DNA of 45,767 nt from Candidatus Hydrogenedentota bacterium (GTDB taxonomy: Bacteria > Hydrogenedentota > Hydrogenedentia > Hydrogenedentales > JAEUWI01): the NCBI GenBank assembly GCA_034669905.1, contig JAXMOL010000058.1:1-45767 (forward strand), given 5' to 3'. Position 1 is the stretch's first letter. Each line of letters begins with the position of its first letter. Positions 36,922-45,767 of the stretch are shown one piece after another. A program made the translations under genes and the position numbers. Under the pieces are notes generated by a model, which saw only the letters and a list, made by a program, of their open reading frames with translations, was not told where the DNA came from and searched no databases.

Positions 36922-38592
36922 ATGACTACCGAAACACCTCCCCTCACGGGAAATATCGCCGCCCATCTGCCGCGTATGGCCGCAGAGCACCCGGAGCACC
37001 TGGCCGTGTCCGTCCAGCAACCGGGCGGCAGCACGGGACGGCACGTATATTCCACCTACACCCTCGGCCAGCTTGAAGACGAAAGCAATCGCATCGCCCA
37101 CGGCCTCGACCGCATCGGCATCTCCCGGGGTGTTCGCACGGTCTTGATGGTGAAGCCCAGCCTGGAATTCTTCGCCCTGACCTTCGCCCTCTTCAAAGTG
37201 GGCGCGGTGCCCGTATTTGTCGACCCCGGCATGGGCATCAAGAATCTCAAGACCTGTCTCGCCGAAGCGGAACCCCACGCCTTCATCGGCATCCCCAAGG
37301 CCCATGCGGCCCGCGCCCTCTTTGGTTGGGGCAAGCCCACGCTCAAGACCCTCGTCACCGTGGGGCGCAAGCTCCTCTGGGGTGGCTATACCCTGGACGG
37401 TATCCGCTTGAAAGAGTCCAAGGTCTTCAACCCCATGACGCCAGAGGCCGGTGAAACGGCGGCTATCCTCTTCACCAGTGGCAGCACGGGCATTCCCAAG
37501 GGCACGGTGTACACCCATGAGGTCTTTAATGCCCAGGTGGAAATCCTCCGGGAAGACTACAAAATAACCCCGGGCGAAAAAGACCTGGCCACCTTCCCCC
37601 TCTTTGCCCTCTTCGGCCCTGCACTCGGCATGGCCGCCATCATCCCTGACATGGATGCGAGCAAACCGGCGGCTTCGAATCCCCAGCACATCATCGATGC
37701 CATTCACGACAATAACGCCACCAATTTGTTTGCGTCCCCCGCCCTCATCGAGTTGGTCGGAGAACACGGCATCGCCAATGGGATTACCTTCCCCACCCTC
37801 AAGCGGGTCATCTCCGCGGGCGCACCGGCTAACAATCCTTCCCTGGAGCGCTTCGCCAAGCTACTACCGGAAGGCATCGAAATTTTCCCCTCCTATGGCG
37901 CCACCGAAGCCTTGCCTGTCTCGTACATCGGGAGCGACGAACAGCTGAATGACACGGTCGAGGCCACGGACAACGGTGCCGGTGTCTGTGTGGGGCGAAC
38001 GGTCCATGGCGTGGAGGCCTCCATCATCAAAATCACCGATGACCCCATCGAGCACTGGAGCGACAAGCTCCACTGCGCGCCTGGTGAAATCGGCGAAATA
38101 ACGGTAACCGGCCCGGTGGTTACCAAGGCCTATTACAATCGGCCCGACTCCACCAAACTGGCCAAGATAAAACACCCGGAACTCGGCATCATCTATCACC
38201 GCATGGGCGATGTGGGCTATTTCGACGACCAGGGCCGACTCTGGATGTGTGGCCGCAAGGCGCACCGGGTGGAAACGCCGGATGGCACCCTCTTTACCAT
38301 TCCGGTGGAGCGCATCTTTAATACCCATGGCGCGGTGAAGCGCACCGCCCTCGTCGGGGTGAAGCAAAGCGGCATCACCACCCCCGTATTGTGTGTGGAA
38401 AAGAACGAGGATGCGGGCAGCCTCGACGACGAATCGCTCATCAACGAACTCAAGGCCATCGGTGGAAAACACGCCATCACCAAGCCGATTCACCATTTCT
38501 TAATCCACGGGGGATTCCCGGTGGACGTTCGCCACAACGCAAAAATCTTCCGCGAGGCCTTGGCCGAGTGGGCGCAGGAGAAGTTTTCATGA
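36922..38592 (+). CDS. oleC: OleC, beta-lactone synthetase (AMP-dependent ligase family)
   Basis: NIAAHL, VDPGMG, AAILFTSGSTGIPKG, TFPLFALF, SAGAP, YGATEALP, HRMGDVG, GRKAHRV, FPVDVRHNAKIFRE. Confidence 0.94.
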   Translation: MTTETPPLTGNIAAHLPRMAAEHPEHLAVSVQQPGGSTGRHVYSTYTLGQLEDESNRIAHGLDRIGISRGVRTVLMVKPSLEFFALTFALFKVGAVPVFVDPGMGIKNLKTCLAEAEPHAFIGIPKAHAARALFGWGKPTLKTLVTVGRKLLWGGYTLDGIRLKESKVFNPMTPEAGETAAILFTSGSTGIPKGTVYTHEVFNAQVEILREDYKITPGEKDLATFPLFALFGPALGMAAIIPDMDASKPAASNPQHIIDAIHDNNATNLFASPALIELVGEHGIANGITFPTLKRVISAGAPANNPSLERFAKLLPEGIEIFPSYGATEALPVSYIGSDEQLNDTVEATDNGAGVCVGRTVHGVEASIIKITDDPIEHWSDKLHCAPGEIGEITVTGPVVTKAYYNRPDSTKLAKIKHPELGIIYHRMGDVGYFDDQGRLWMCGRKAHRVETPDGTLFTIPVERIFNTHGAVKRTALVGVKQSGITTPVLCVEKNEDAGSLDDESLINELKAIGGKHAITKPIHHFLIHGGFPVDVRHNAKIFREALAEWAQEKFS

Positions 38593-39575
38593 CGGTATTG
38601 GTAACCGGCGGCGGTGGATTCCTTGGGGGAGCCATTATTGACCAGCTTCTTGCCCGCGGAGAATCGGTCCGCAGTATTTCCCGCTCGGCTTATCCCGCGC
38701 TGGAGGCCAAAGGCGTTACGTGTATTCAAGGGGCTCTCGCCGATGCCCAGGCGCTTTCCAATGCGGCAGAAGGCTGCGATCTGGTATTCCATGTCGCGGC
38801 CAAAGCGGGTGTTTGGGGTCGCTATGAAGACTATTTTGAGGCCAACGTCGTCGGAACCCGCAACGTAATTGAAGCCTGTAAGACCCATCAAGTCCCCCAC
38901 CTCGTCCACACCAGCAGTCCCAGCGTCACCTTCGCCGGGGAAGACGAAAACGGGGTCGACGAATCCATCCCCTATGCGCCGACCTTCCTCTGTAATTACC
39001 CCAAGACCAAGGCCCAGGCCGAGCAGGAAGTGCTGGCGGCCAACGACGGCACGCTGCATACCGTCGCCCTCCGTCCCCATCTTATCTGGGGGCCGGGCGA
39101 TAACCACCTCGTGCCCCGGATCGTGGCACGGGCCAAGGCGGGTAGGTTAAAGCTGGTCGGTGATGGCAGCAACCGGGTCGATGCCACCTTCGTGGACAAC
39201 GCCGCCGCCGCCCACCTCGCGGCCGCCGACGAACTGCATGGTGACGGTACCTGCGCCGGCAAAGCCTACTTCATCTCCAACGATGAACCCATCGCCATGA
39301 AAGACCTCCTGAACCAGATCCTCGCGGCCGCTGATCTGCCACCCGTAACCAAATCAGTCCCACCGGGCCTCGCCTACGCAGTGGGTGCTGCTATGGAGGG
39401 GGCCTATCGCCTCTTGGGGAAAGCGGAAGAGCCCATGATGACCCGCTTTGTCGCACGACAACTCGCAACCGATCACTGGTACGATATCAGCGCCGCCCGG
39501 AATGACTTCGGGTACACCCCAACGGTAACCATGACCGATGGAATGGAGCGTCTCAAGGCGTGGTTAGGCGCCTGA
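38589..39575 (+). CDS. oleD: OleD, 2-alkyl-3-oxoalkanoate reductase (3-beta-HSD-like extended SDR)
   Basis: ATGA overlap with oleC; VTGGGGFLG, HVAAKAGVWG, TSSPSV, YPKTK, LRPHLIWGPGD. Confidence 0.93.
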   Translation: MTVLVTGGGGFLGGAIIDQLLARGESVRSISRSAYPALEAKGVTCIQGALADAQALSNAAEGCDLVFHVAAKAGVWGRYEDYFEANVVGTRNVIEACKTHQVPHLVHTSSPSVTFAGEDENGVDESIPYAPTFLCNYPKTKAQAEQEVLAANDGTLHTVALRPHLIWGPGDNHLVPRIVARAKAGRLKLVGDGSNRVDATFVDNAAAAHLAAADELHGDGTCAGKAYFISNDEPIAMKDLLNQILAAADLPPVTKSVPPGLAYAVGAAMEGAYRLLGKAEEPMMTRFVARQLATDHWYDISAARNDFGYTPTVTMTDGMERLKAWLGA

Positions 39576-39850
39576 AGGGTCGTACAGCCCGGCCACGTAC
39601 TCGCTCTTGCGCAATGATTTGAACAACAACGTCATTTTACTGGCAGGACCGAAGGGAAAAACGTTATCCTATGCCGTCCCTCTCGCCGGATTGTGGGTAT
39701 GCGCAGAGGGTATGCTGTTTCGGGAGAATGGGATTTCTACTGCGTAGACGAATCGCATCGGACGTTTTGCATGATTAGGGCATTTCGTAGGGCCCATGCT
39801 AATCTGATGCATACGACCTGCTTCAGGTCTCCTGCGAATGTATAGGGACG

Positions 39851-40402
39851 GTGATGAACGATTCGGACGAGAGAGGCGACGCGGTCTTGTTGGGCTGCCT
39901 GGAATCCTGCGAGCGCTTGCTGCAGGTCGCGGATTCGGTAACCCGAGAACAATACGTTGCATGCTGGAAAGCCCGCAATGGAATTGGCCCCCACCTTCGT
40001 CACTGCTACGAGCATCTTGCCGCCCTCCATCAGGGCCTCCCGGATGGCACGATACGGTATGATGCCCGGGCACGGGATGCCCACATCGAAGAAGACCCTG
40101 AGCGATTCAAGAGTGCCATGGCCCCCGTTGTCTCCTGGATTCGGACCTTGGTGGCCGCCGACCTCGATCAGTCGCTGACAATCCGCCAGATACCCCGTAT
40201 CGACGCCCCGGAAAGTGTCTCTGACAGTACCCTTCGGCGCGAATTGCTATTTCTGACGAGCCACACCATCCACCACCTCGCTATTGTGGGCATGCTCGCC
40301 GAGGTGCAGGGGGTAACCCTCCCCCGCGAATTGGGGGTTGCCTATTCAACAACCACCCACGAGCACCGCCAGCGCGTCACTTCCCCCACCCCGACGGATT
40401 AG
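39851..40402 (+). CDS. DinB-superfamily protein
   Basis: IGPHLRHC.EH, IRYDARARD, S.L.REL.F..SHTIHHLA, GVAYST. Confidence 0.85.
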   Translation: MMNDSDERGDAVLLGCLESCERLLQVADSVTREQYVACWKARNGIGPHLRHCYEHLAALHQGLPDGTIRYDARARDAHIEEDPERFKSAMAPVVSWIRTLVAADLDQSLTIRQIPRIDAPESVSDSTLRRELLFLTSHTIHHLAIVGMLAEVQGVTLPRELGVAYSTTTHEHRQRVTSPTPTD

Positions 40403-40405
40403 CCC

Positions 40406-41176
40406 ATGTGTACGGTAACGGTGTATCGGGACGCCGATGAGCTGCGGGTTACCATGAACCGCGATGAAGCCCGGACGCGTGGCCCAGAGCGGGCTCCCGA
40501 CGTCTACGTGACCCCCAACGGAATTCCCTGGGTCGGCCCCTTAGATAGTGACAGCGGGGGCACCTGGGTCGGCGTTAACCAAAGCGGTCTGGTTGCCTGT
40601 ATCTTGAATCGCTACCAGGATGACCCCCACTATACCCCGCCGCCGAGGGTAGAAAGCCGGGGACGTCTCGTTCCCCAGGCCATGGCGTTTCAACGCGTCT
40701 CAGAGGGACTGGATAATTATCGTCAAGACACGGTGAATCTTCGCCCTTATCCCCCCTTTACGCTCGTGCTCGCTGATCGCAGCATGACCGTAGCCCTCGA
40801 CTGGCGGGGTCATGGCGCCCTACTGCTACGCGAACTCGACACACCGTGGGCCCTGTTGACGTCCTCCTCCATCGAGCCCGACGCGGTGCAGGCCTGGCGC
40901 CGGGATGCCTTCGAGGACTGGTGCCGACAGGGCACACCGAATACGCACGGCCTGGCGGACTTTCATCACTATCAACCCAACGACATGGCCCACTTTGCCC
41001 CGCTTATGTCCCGCGAGTTGTCGTGTACCCGCAGCATAACGGCCATTCAGGTTTCGCCATCCTGCATGCTGCCAACGCTGCAACACGGCCTGGTAGTGGA
41101 CAGCCAACTCGACTGGGCGTCCTACCAGTTGATTCACCGCCCCGAATGGGCCTCGTCGTCGACGGGCAGGACCTAG
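40406..41176 (+). CDS. NRDE / TANGO2 family protein (Ntn-hydrolase-like fold)
   Basis: N-terminal MCT, NRDE, GGTW.G.N, SRG.LV, PFTL, SSS. Confidence 0.9.
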   Translation: MCTVTVYRDADELRVTMNRDEARTRGPERAPDVYVTPNGIPWVGPLDSDSGGTWVGVNQSGLVACILNRYQDDPHYTPPPRVESRGRLVPQAMAFQRVSEGLDNYRQDTVNLRPYPPFTLVLADRSMTVALDWRGHGALLLRELDTPWALLTSSSIEPDAVQAWRRDAFEDWCRQGTPNTHGLADFHHYQPNDMAHFAPLMSRELSCTRSITAIQVSPSCMLPTLQHGLVVDSQLDWASYQLIHRPEWASSSTGRT

Positions 41177-41263
41177 CGCCGTGCTCATCTTCCGCGAACC
41201 GATTCACAATGTGTCCCGTTTATGCTATGGCCCGACGTGCTCTTGGGGACGGAAGGAGGACGA

Positions 41264-42901
41264 ATGGAGAGCCTCCTGACCCTCCTGAGTGAGGGCGCCC
41301 TGCAAGCGCCCTGGGTGCAGGCGGGCATCATTGTACTCTCCACCTTCATCCTGGAGGACCCTACCACCATTGGGTGTGGCCTCCTCGTGGCATCCGGGAC
41401 TCTCGCGTTCCCAACGGCGTTCTTCGCCTTGTGGGCCGGTATCGCCCTCGGGGATATGGGACTCTATGCCCTGGGCCGCTTTATGGGACCCCAGTCGCTG
41501 CGCTGGGGACTGTTGAATGAGACACAAATGACGAAGGTCAAAGGCCAATTCGATAAGAACCTCCTCCTGGCGGTCGTCCTGTCCCGCTTTGTTCCGGGGA
41601 TGCGCCTGCCAACCTATGTGGGGGCCGGGTTCTTTCGTGCCGCACCGGGACCCTTCCTCGCCTTCACCATCGGCGCCACCCTCCTCTGGACGTTGGTCCT
41701 CTTGAGCGCCGCTATATTTTTCGGTGAGCAAGTCATGCCTCTGCTGGGCACGTTCCGCTGGCCGGTCGCCGCTTTGCTGCTCCTGCTCATCGTGAGCGCC
41801 CAACGGCTGGCACGAAAGAAACTCGCCGATGATTCCGAGCCAGGCGACGCGCCCCCTTCACCCGTGTCCTATTTCGAATTCTGGCCACCCGTGTTGTTCT
41901 ATTTTCCCGTAGGAATCTGGTACGCCTGGCTGTGCCTCCGTTACGGTAGTTTTACCCTGCCCAGCGCGGCCAATCCCGGCATTTACGCCGGAGGCCTCAT
42001 CTTCGAATCAAAGAATGACATTCTGAATCAAGTCCCGGCAAGCCAACGGAATTACTTCGCCCCCCACGTGCCCTTTCGACATGGGCACACCGACGACCTC
42101 GACGCCGCCGAGAAAGCCATGAAAGACGCCGGGGTGGATTACCCCATCGTCGCCAAACCTGACAAGGGACAGCGTGGGAACGGCGTGCAGCCAGTGAACT
42201 CCAGGGAGGAATTGGCGGCCTATTTGCAGGCCTTCCCCCTTCATCACGATATGCAGTTGCAGCAGCGGGTCCCCTATGAGAACGAAGCGGGTATCCTCTA
42301 CTACCGAATGCCCGACGCATCCCGTGGGCAAATCTTCTCCGTTACCCGAAAATACTTTCCAACGGTAACGGGTGACGGCCAACAGACCCTGGCCCAGCTT
42401 ATTGAAGCGGACCCGCGCGCGCGGTTGCTCACCCACATCTACTTTCCCCGTCACGCCGACCGCTTGGGTGAGGTGATTCCCCAAGGGGAGGTGGTGTCGC
42501 TGGTCTTCTCTGGTTCCCATGCGGGGGGCGCCATCTTTAAGGATGGACGCAATCTATTGACTCCTGCACTGGAAGACCGTATCGACGTTATTGCCCGGGC
42601 CCTGCCAGAGTTTTACTTCGGCCGCTTCGACATCCGTTTTCGAGACGAAGGGAGCTTCAAGTCCGGGGAGCACTTCCAGATTGTCGAAATCAACGGAGCC
42701 GGGGCCGAATCCACCCATATATGGGATGGGGACGCCCGCCTGCGTGATGCCTACAAGACATTATTCCAGCAATTTACTATACTGTTTGAAATCGGTGCCC
42801 AGAACCGGCGTCGCGGCTTTTCAGCAATCGGGCCCCTGCGGCTATTAAGCGATTGTCGGGCCTATCGACGGATGGCGCGGGAATATCCAATCACCCGTTA
42901 A
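41264..42901 (+). CDS. DedA/VTT membrane domain fused to an ATP-grasp-like (D-Ala-D-Ala ligase-like) domain
   Basis: GGAGG RBS. DedA: TFILED, GI.LGD..LY.LGR, SRFVPG.R. ATP-grasp-like: FEFWP, AANPGI, ESK, PIVAKPD.G.RG.GV, EAGILY, GRFDIRF, VEINGAGAESTHIWD. Confidence 0.85.
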   Translation: MESLLTLLSEGALQAPWVQAGIIVLSTFILEDPTTIGCGLLVASGTLAFPTAFFALWAGIALGDMGLYALGRFMGPQSLRWGLLNETQMTKVKGQFDKNLLLAVVLSRFVPGMRLPTYVGAGFFRAAPGPFLAFTIGATLLWTLVLLSAAIFFGEQVMPLLGTFRWPVAALLLLLIVSAQRLARKKLADDSEPGDAPPSPVSYFEFWPPVLFYFPVGIWYAWLCLRYGSFTLPSAANPGIYAGGLIFESKNDILNQVPASQRNYFAPHVPFRHGHTDDLDAAEKAMKDAGVDYPIVAKPDKGQRGNGVQPVNSREELAAYLQAFPLHHDMQLQQRVPYENEAGILYYRMPDASRGQIFSVTRKYFPTVTGDGQQTLAQLIEADPRARLLTHIYFPRHADRLGEVIPQGEVVSLVFSGSHAGGAIFKDGRNLLTPALEDRIDVIARALPEFYFGRFDIRFRDEGSFKSGEHFQIVEINGAGAESTHIWDGDARLRDAYKTLFQQFTILFEIGAQNRRRGFSAIGPLRLLSDCRAYRRMAREYPITR

Positions 42902-42925
42902 TTCGGGGTGGATGAGGAATTGACC

Positions 42926-43768
42926 ATGGATACCATGCTTTCGACGCATCCGCGCCTCAAGGCGGTCCCTTTTCGGCAAAAGCAGGAGCTCTACGGGAAC
43001 GCGCCCGACGCCGATGTACTGCTTATTCCTGATATTCCTGCCGGAAAATACCAGGTGGGATACGCCGTATCCCCCGCGGCCATTGAACAGGTCTTACGCC
43101 TCCGCTATCTGGTCTTTAATGTGGAGTTGGGCGAGGGCCTTGCCGAAGGAGCCCTCTCCGGACTTGACCAGGATCCCTTCGACGCGCAGATGACCCACTT
43201 GGTTCTGCTCCGCGCTACGACGCAGCAGATCGTGGGCACCTATCGCATCCAATCCGCACCCCACGCGCTGGCCCATCGGGGCCTCTATTCCGCCCAGGAA
43301 TATGACACCGCCCCCCTGGACCCCTACCTGAACGAGACCGTCGAATTGGGCCGCGCCTGTCTGGCGAAAGAACACCGTGCCATGGATGCCCTTCTCACCC
43401 TTTGGGCAGGCCTCGGCCATTTTATGAATCTCCACAAGCTTTACTACCTCATGGGTTGCTGCTCCATCACAACGACGGACCCTGACGACGGTTGGCGGGC
43501 CCTCAAGACCCTCCGAGAGAAGAATTATATGCACCCTGAGTTGTATCTAAGGGCTCACCCCGATTATAGTTGTGGGAGCGAAGCACGACTGGATGCGGCC
43601 GATTTGGGTCCGGCACTCAAGCTCCCCAAGCTCTTCCGCATCTATCTCTTGCTCTGCGCCCACATCATTTCAGAGCCGGCCTTGGATCAGGAGTTTGGCA
43701 CCGTCGATTTCCTGACCTTTATGGACGGCAGACAGGTAAAATTGTCTCAGTTGGATTTATTGAAGTGA
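42926..43768 (+). CDS. olsB: GNAT N-acyltransferase, ornithine-lipid OlsB-like
   Basis: RLRY.VF..ELG, D.D.FD....HL, VGTYR, YS..EYD, ELGRAC....R, LW.GL, YLMGCCS, PKL..Y, EPALD.EFGTVDF. Start ATG 42926 after GAGG. Confidence 0.8.
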   Translation: MDTMLSTHPRLKAVPFRQKQELYGNAPDADVLLIPDIPAGKYQVGYAVSPAAIEQVLRLRYLVFNVELGEGLAEGALSGLDQDPFDAQMTHLVLLRATTQQIVGTYRIQSAPHALAHRGLYSAQEYDTAPLDPYLNETVELGRACLAKEHRAMDALLTLWAGLGHFMNLHKLYYLMGCCSITTTDPDDGWRALKTLREKNYMHPELYLRAHPDYSCGSEARLDAADLGPALKLPKLFRIYLLLCAHIISEPALDQEFGTVDFLTFMDGRQVKLSQLDLLK

Positions 43769-44589
43769 CCGTATCGCCCCCTGATTCTGAACACCCCACC
43801 CCCTCCAAACCCCGCGCCACCTCCAGCAGGTGGCTTTCTATTCGGCGCATCGTGCGCATGCTCTGGGGCACTGCCCGCGTGGTTCCGCCCTACTACTTCG
43901 GCCAGTTTCGCTACAAGACCGAAAAAGAGCGTACCGACTTGCTCTATCAGGGCACCCAGGACTGGCTCTCCGCCATGGCCCGGGCTATCGAGATCGATGT
44001 CAAGGTGATCGGTGATCCCCCCGCCAGAGGCTCCTTCATCGCACCCAATCACACCACCTACGCCGATATCTGCGCGCTCCCAACGGCCACCAGGGTGTGG
44101 TTTGTGTCCAAAGCCGACGTACTGAAATGGCCCCTCTTCAACTGGCTCTTCAAGTTCTCCCGCAACCTCACGGTCGACCGGGACGATATCCGGTGTCTTC
44201 GAGAGACCAACCTGGCCATCGCCCAGCGTATCCAGGACGGCTATAACGTCTGTGTCTTCCTCGAAGGCACCACGTCCGGCGGAACCGACATTCTCCCCTT
44301 TCGGGGTCCCCTCCTCCAGCCCGCCCTCGACGGAGGCGTCGATGTCGTGCCCGTCTGTATCACCTGGCACGCCGACGATCCCGCCATCGACCGGGACAAT
44401 GACCTCGCCTACTGGCGCGACCACCCCATGGGGCCCCATGTCTTTCGCTTTCTGGGCTTCCGGGGCATCCACTGCACCATTCAGTTTGGCGCGCCCATCA
44501 AAGCCGAAGGCGACCGCAAAGCCCTCGCGGAAAAAGTACGGGCAGCGGTCGTCGCCCTGCACGAATCGGGAACTGCACCGACGTCGTAG
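43765..44589 (+). CDS. olsA: Lysophospholipid/lyso-ornithine lipid O-acyltransferase (PlsC/OlsA-like)
   Basis: GTGA overlap with the olsB-like gene; NHTTYAD (HX4D), FVSK..V..WP, FLEGTT, VVPV. Confidence 0.75.
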   Translation: MTVSPPDSEHPTPSKPRATSSRWLSIRRIVRMLWGTARVVPPYYFGQFRYKTEKERTDLLYQGTQDWLSAMARAIEIDVKVIGDPPARGSFIAPNHTTYADICALPTATRVWFVSKADVLKWPLFNWLFKFSRNLTVDRDDIRCLRETNLAIAQRIQDGYNVCVFLEGTTSGGTDILPFRGPLLQPALDGGVDVVPVCITWHADDPAIDRDNDLAYWRDHPMGPHVFRFLGFRGIHCTIQFGAPIKAEGDRKALAEKVRAAVVALHESGTAPTS

Positions 44590-44593
44590 ACTT

Positions 44594-44940
44594 GGGGACT
44601 GCACCGACGCCGTTCGCCCTGCACAGGGCGATAGTCGTCCTGGCGAACCCTATCCCCCCCAGTAACCACACCACGCGGAAGTCGGGGCTGTCCCCCTCCG
44701 ATCACGACGTCACCGGGGACTGCACCGACACAGTTCGCCCTACCGCAGCAAAAGAGTCGTCTTGGCGAACCCTATCACCTCACAGTAACCACGCCACGCG
44801 GAAGTCGGGGCTGTCCCCCTCCGATCACGACGTCACCGGGGACAGCCCCGACTAACACGATTTCCACGCTCTCCCACGAGACCCGTTCCGCCAAAACGTA
44901 ACATTACCACAACCGAGACGTAACGTCGGTGCAGTCCCCG
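44594..44940. repeat. REP/REPIN array downstream of the RAYT
   Basis: Two ~122-bp units starting at 44594 and 44715 (GGGGACTGCACCGAC-spacer-GTCGGGGCTGTCCCC), plus arms GGGGACAGCCCCGAC at 44838 and GTCGGTGCAGTCCCC at 44925. Confidence 0.88.
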
Positions 44941-44955
44941 CGATGCGTCCACGCG

Positions 44956-45582
44956 CTATTTCTGTGCCATCTTCCGCTGAAAGTAGGCCTGCTTTCCCAG
45001 CGGACGCCCTCTCCGCGTGTGGGCACGTATCTTTTCTGCCATGACATCATCACTCACTGCGCCACAAAGCGTCTGCTGCCATTCCTCCACCCCAAAGTGA
45101 CTCCGCCAACGGGTCAAATTCAGCAATTTGTCCGCCACCCGCTCGCTGCAGTGAGCCGACGCACTAGACCACGGATATTCCCAAGCATGCTCAACCATCC
45201 CCGCGCGGACCGGGTTCACCTCCACATAAGCCAACGCGTTAAGTGTATGTTCTTCATCCATGGGGCAAGAGTAAAATCTACTCTGCCATAGGTGCCCATG
45301 GTGCTCGTGGACCCGTTTAACGTGTGCGGTGTATCTAAGGTTGGTCTCGCCCACACCCTTGGCCAGGGAGTCTTCCCGCGCAGGCACAGCGACCAAATGG
45401 ACGTGGTTGGTCATAAGACAATAGGCGATGATACGAAGACCATGATCCTTGGATTTTTCCTTCAGGAGACACAAATACTCCCGCCGATCCTGCTCGTCAA
45501 AGAATACCGGCTCCTTCTTGTTGCCCCGCTGGGTGATATGATGCGCAACCCCCGGAAGCACTATCCGCGCTGTCCTTGGCAT
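44956..45582 (-). mobile_element. REP-associated tyrosine transposase (RAYT, Y1/HUH family)
   Basis: MPRTARI..PG..HHITQRGN, YCLMTNHVHL (HUH), G.LWQSRFYS, YVE.NPVRAG.V, YPWSS; REP arrays on both sides. Confidence 0.92.
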
Positions 45583-45617
45583 GAGCCCATGGTAGCAAGG
45601 AAAGGGGCTGGCGTAAA

Positions 45618-45767
45618 GGGGGACGGCACCGGGGACTGCACCGACACAGTTCACCCTACCGCAGCAAAAGAGTCGTCTTGGCGAACCCTATCACCTCACA
45701 GTAACCACGCCACGCGGAAGTCGGGGCTGTCCCCCTCCGATCCACGACGTCACTGGGGACTGCACCG
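45618..45767. repeat. REP/REPIN array upstream of the RAYT, continuing past the window end
   Basis: The unit starting at 45631 is nearly identical to the unit at 44715-44837; another GGGGACTGCACCG arm begins at the window end. Confidence 0.88.

Noticed and set aside
44594..44853. Possible CRISPR array (repeat-spacer appearance)
   Set aside because: The period is ~122 bp, the spacers are homologous to each other, the arms are inverted pairs, no cas genes are present, and a RAYT is adjacent. REPINs explain it better.

Overview
GC-rich bacterial chromosomal window. The (Glu-Gly)n linker protein and DUF1559/prepilin-type proteins suggest a Hydrogenedentota/PVC-like organism, which is an inference only. 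The left third (1-15 kb) holds a secreted CHRD-domain protein paired with a collagen-repeat fibre-like protein, a lipoprotein, and a minus-strand operon with NfuA-like, pterin dehydratase and IscU-like genes. It also has tRNA-Ser(GCT), NYN-LOTUS, FapA/DUF342, a beta-propeller phytase and two DUF1559-like genes. The core (15.4-39.6 kb) is a three-gene PUFA-synthase cluster: pfaD, pfaA with 4 ACPs, and a fused pfaBC with KS-CLF-AT-DH-DH. It is physically joined to oleA, oleB, oleC and oleD, predicting head-to-head long-chain polyunsaturated olefin synthesis. A five-gene lipid-related operon follows (DinB, NRDE/TANGO2, DedA-ATP-grasp fusion, OlsB-like GNAT, OlsA/PlsC-like acyltransferase), then a REP-associated tyrosine transposase flanked by REPIN-like repeats. 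Several unrelated palindromic repeat families occupy most intergenic gaps of the pfa-ole cluster. Some bracket inserted cassettes (GxxExxY, a small membrane protein), and some appear captured in-frame within PfaA linkers. All calls come from motif reading by eye; no database searches were run.
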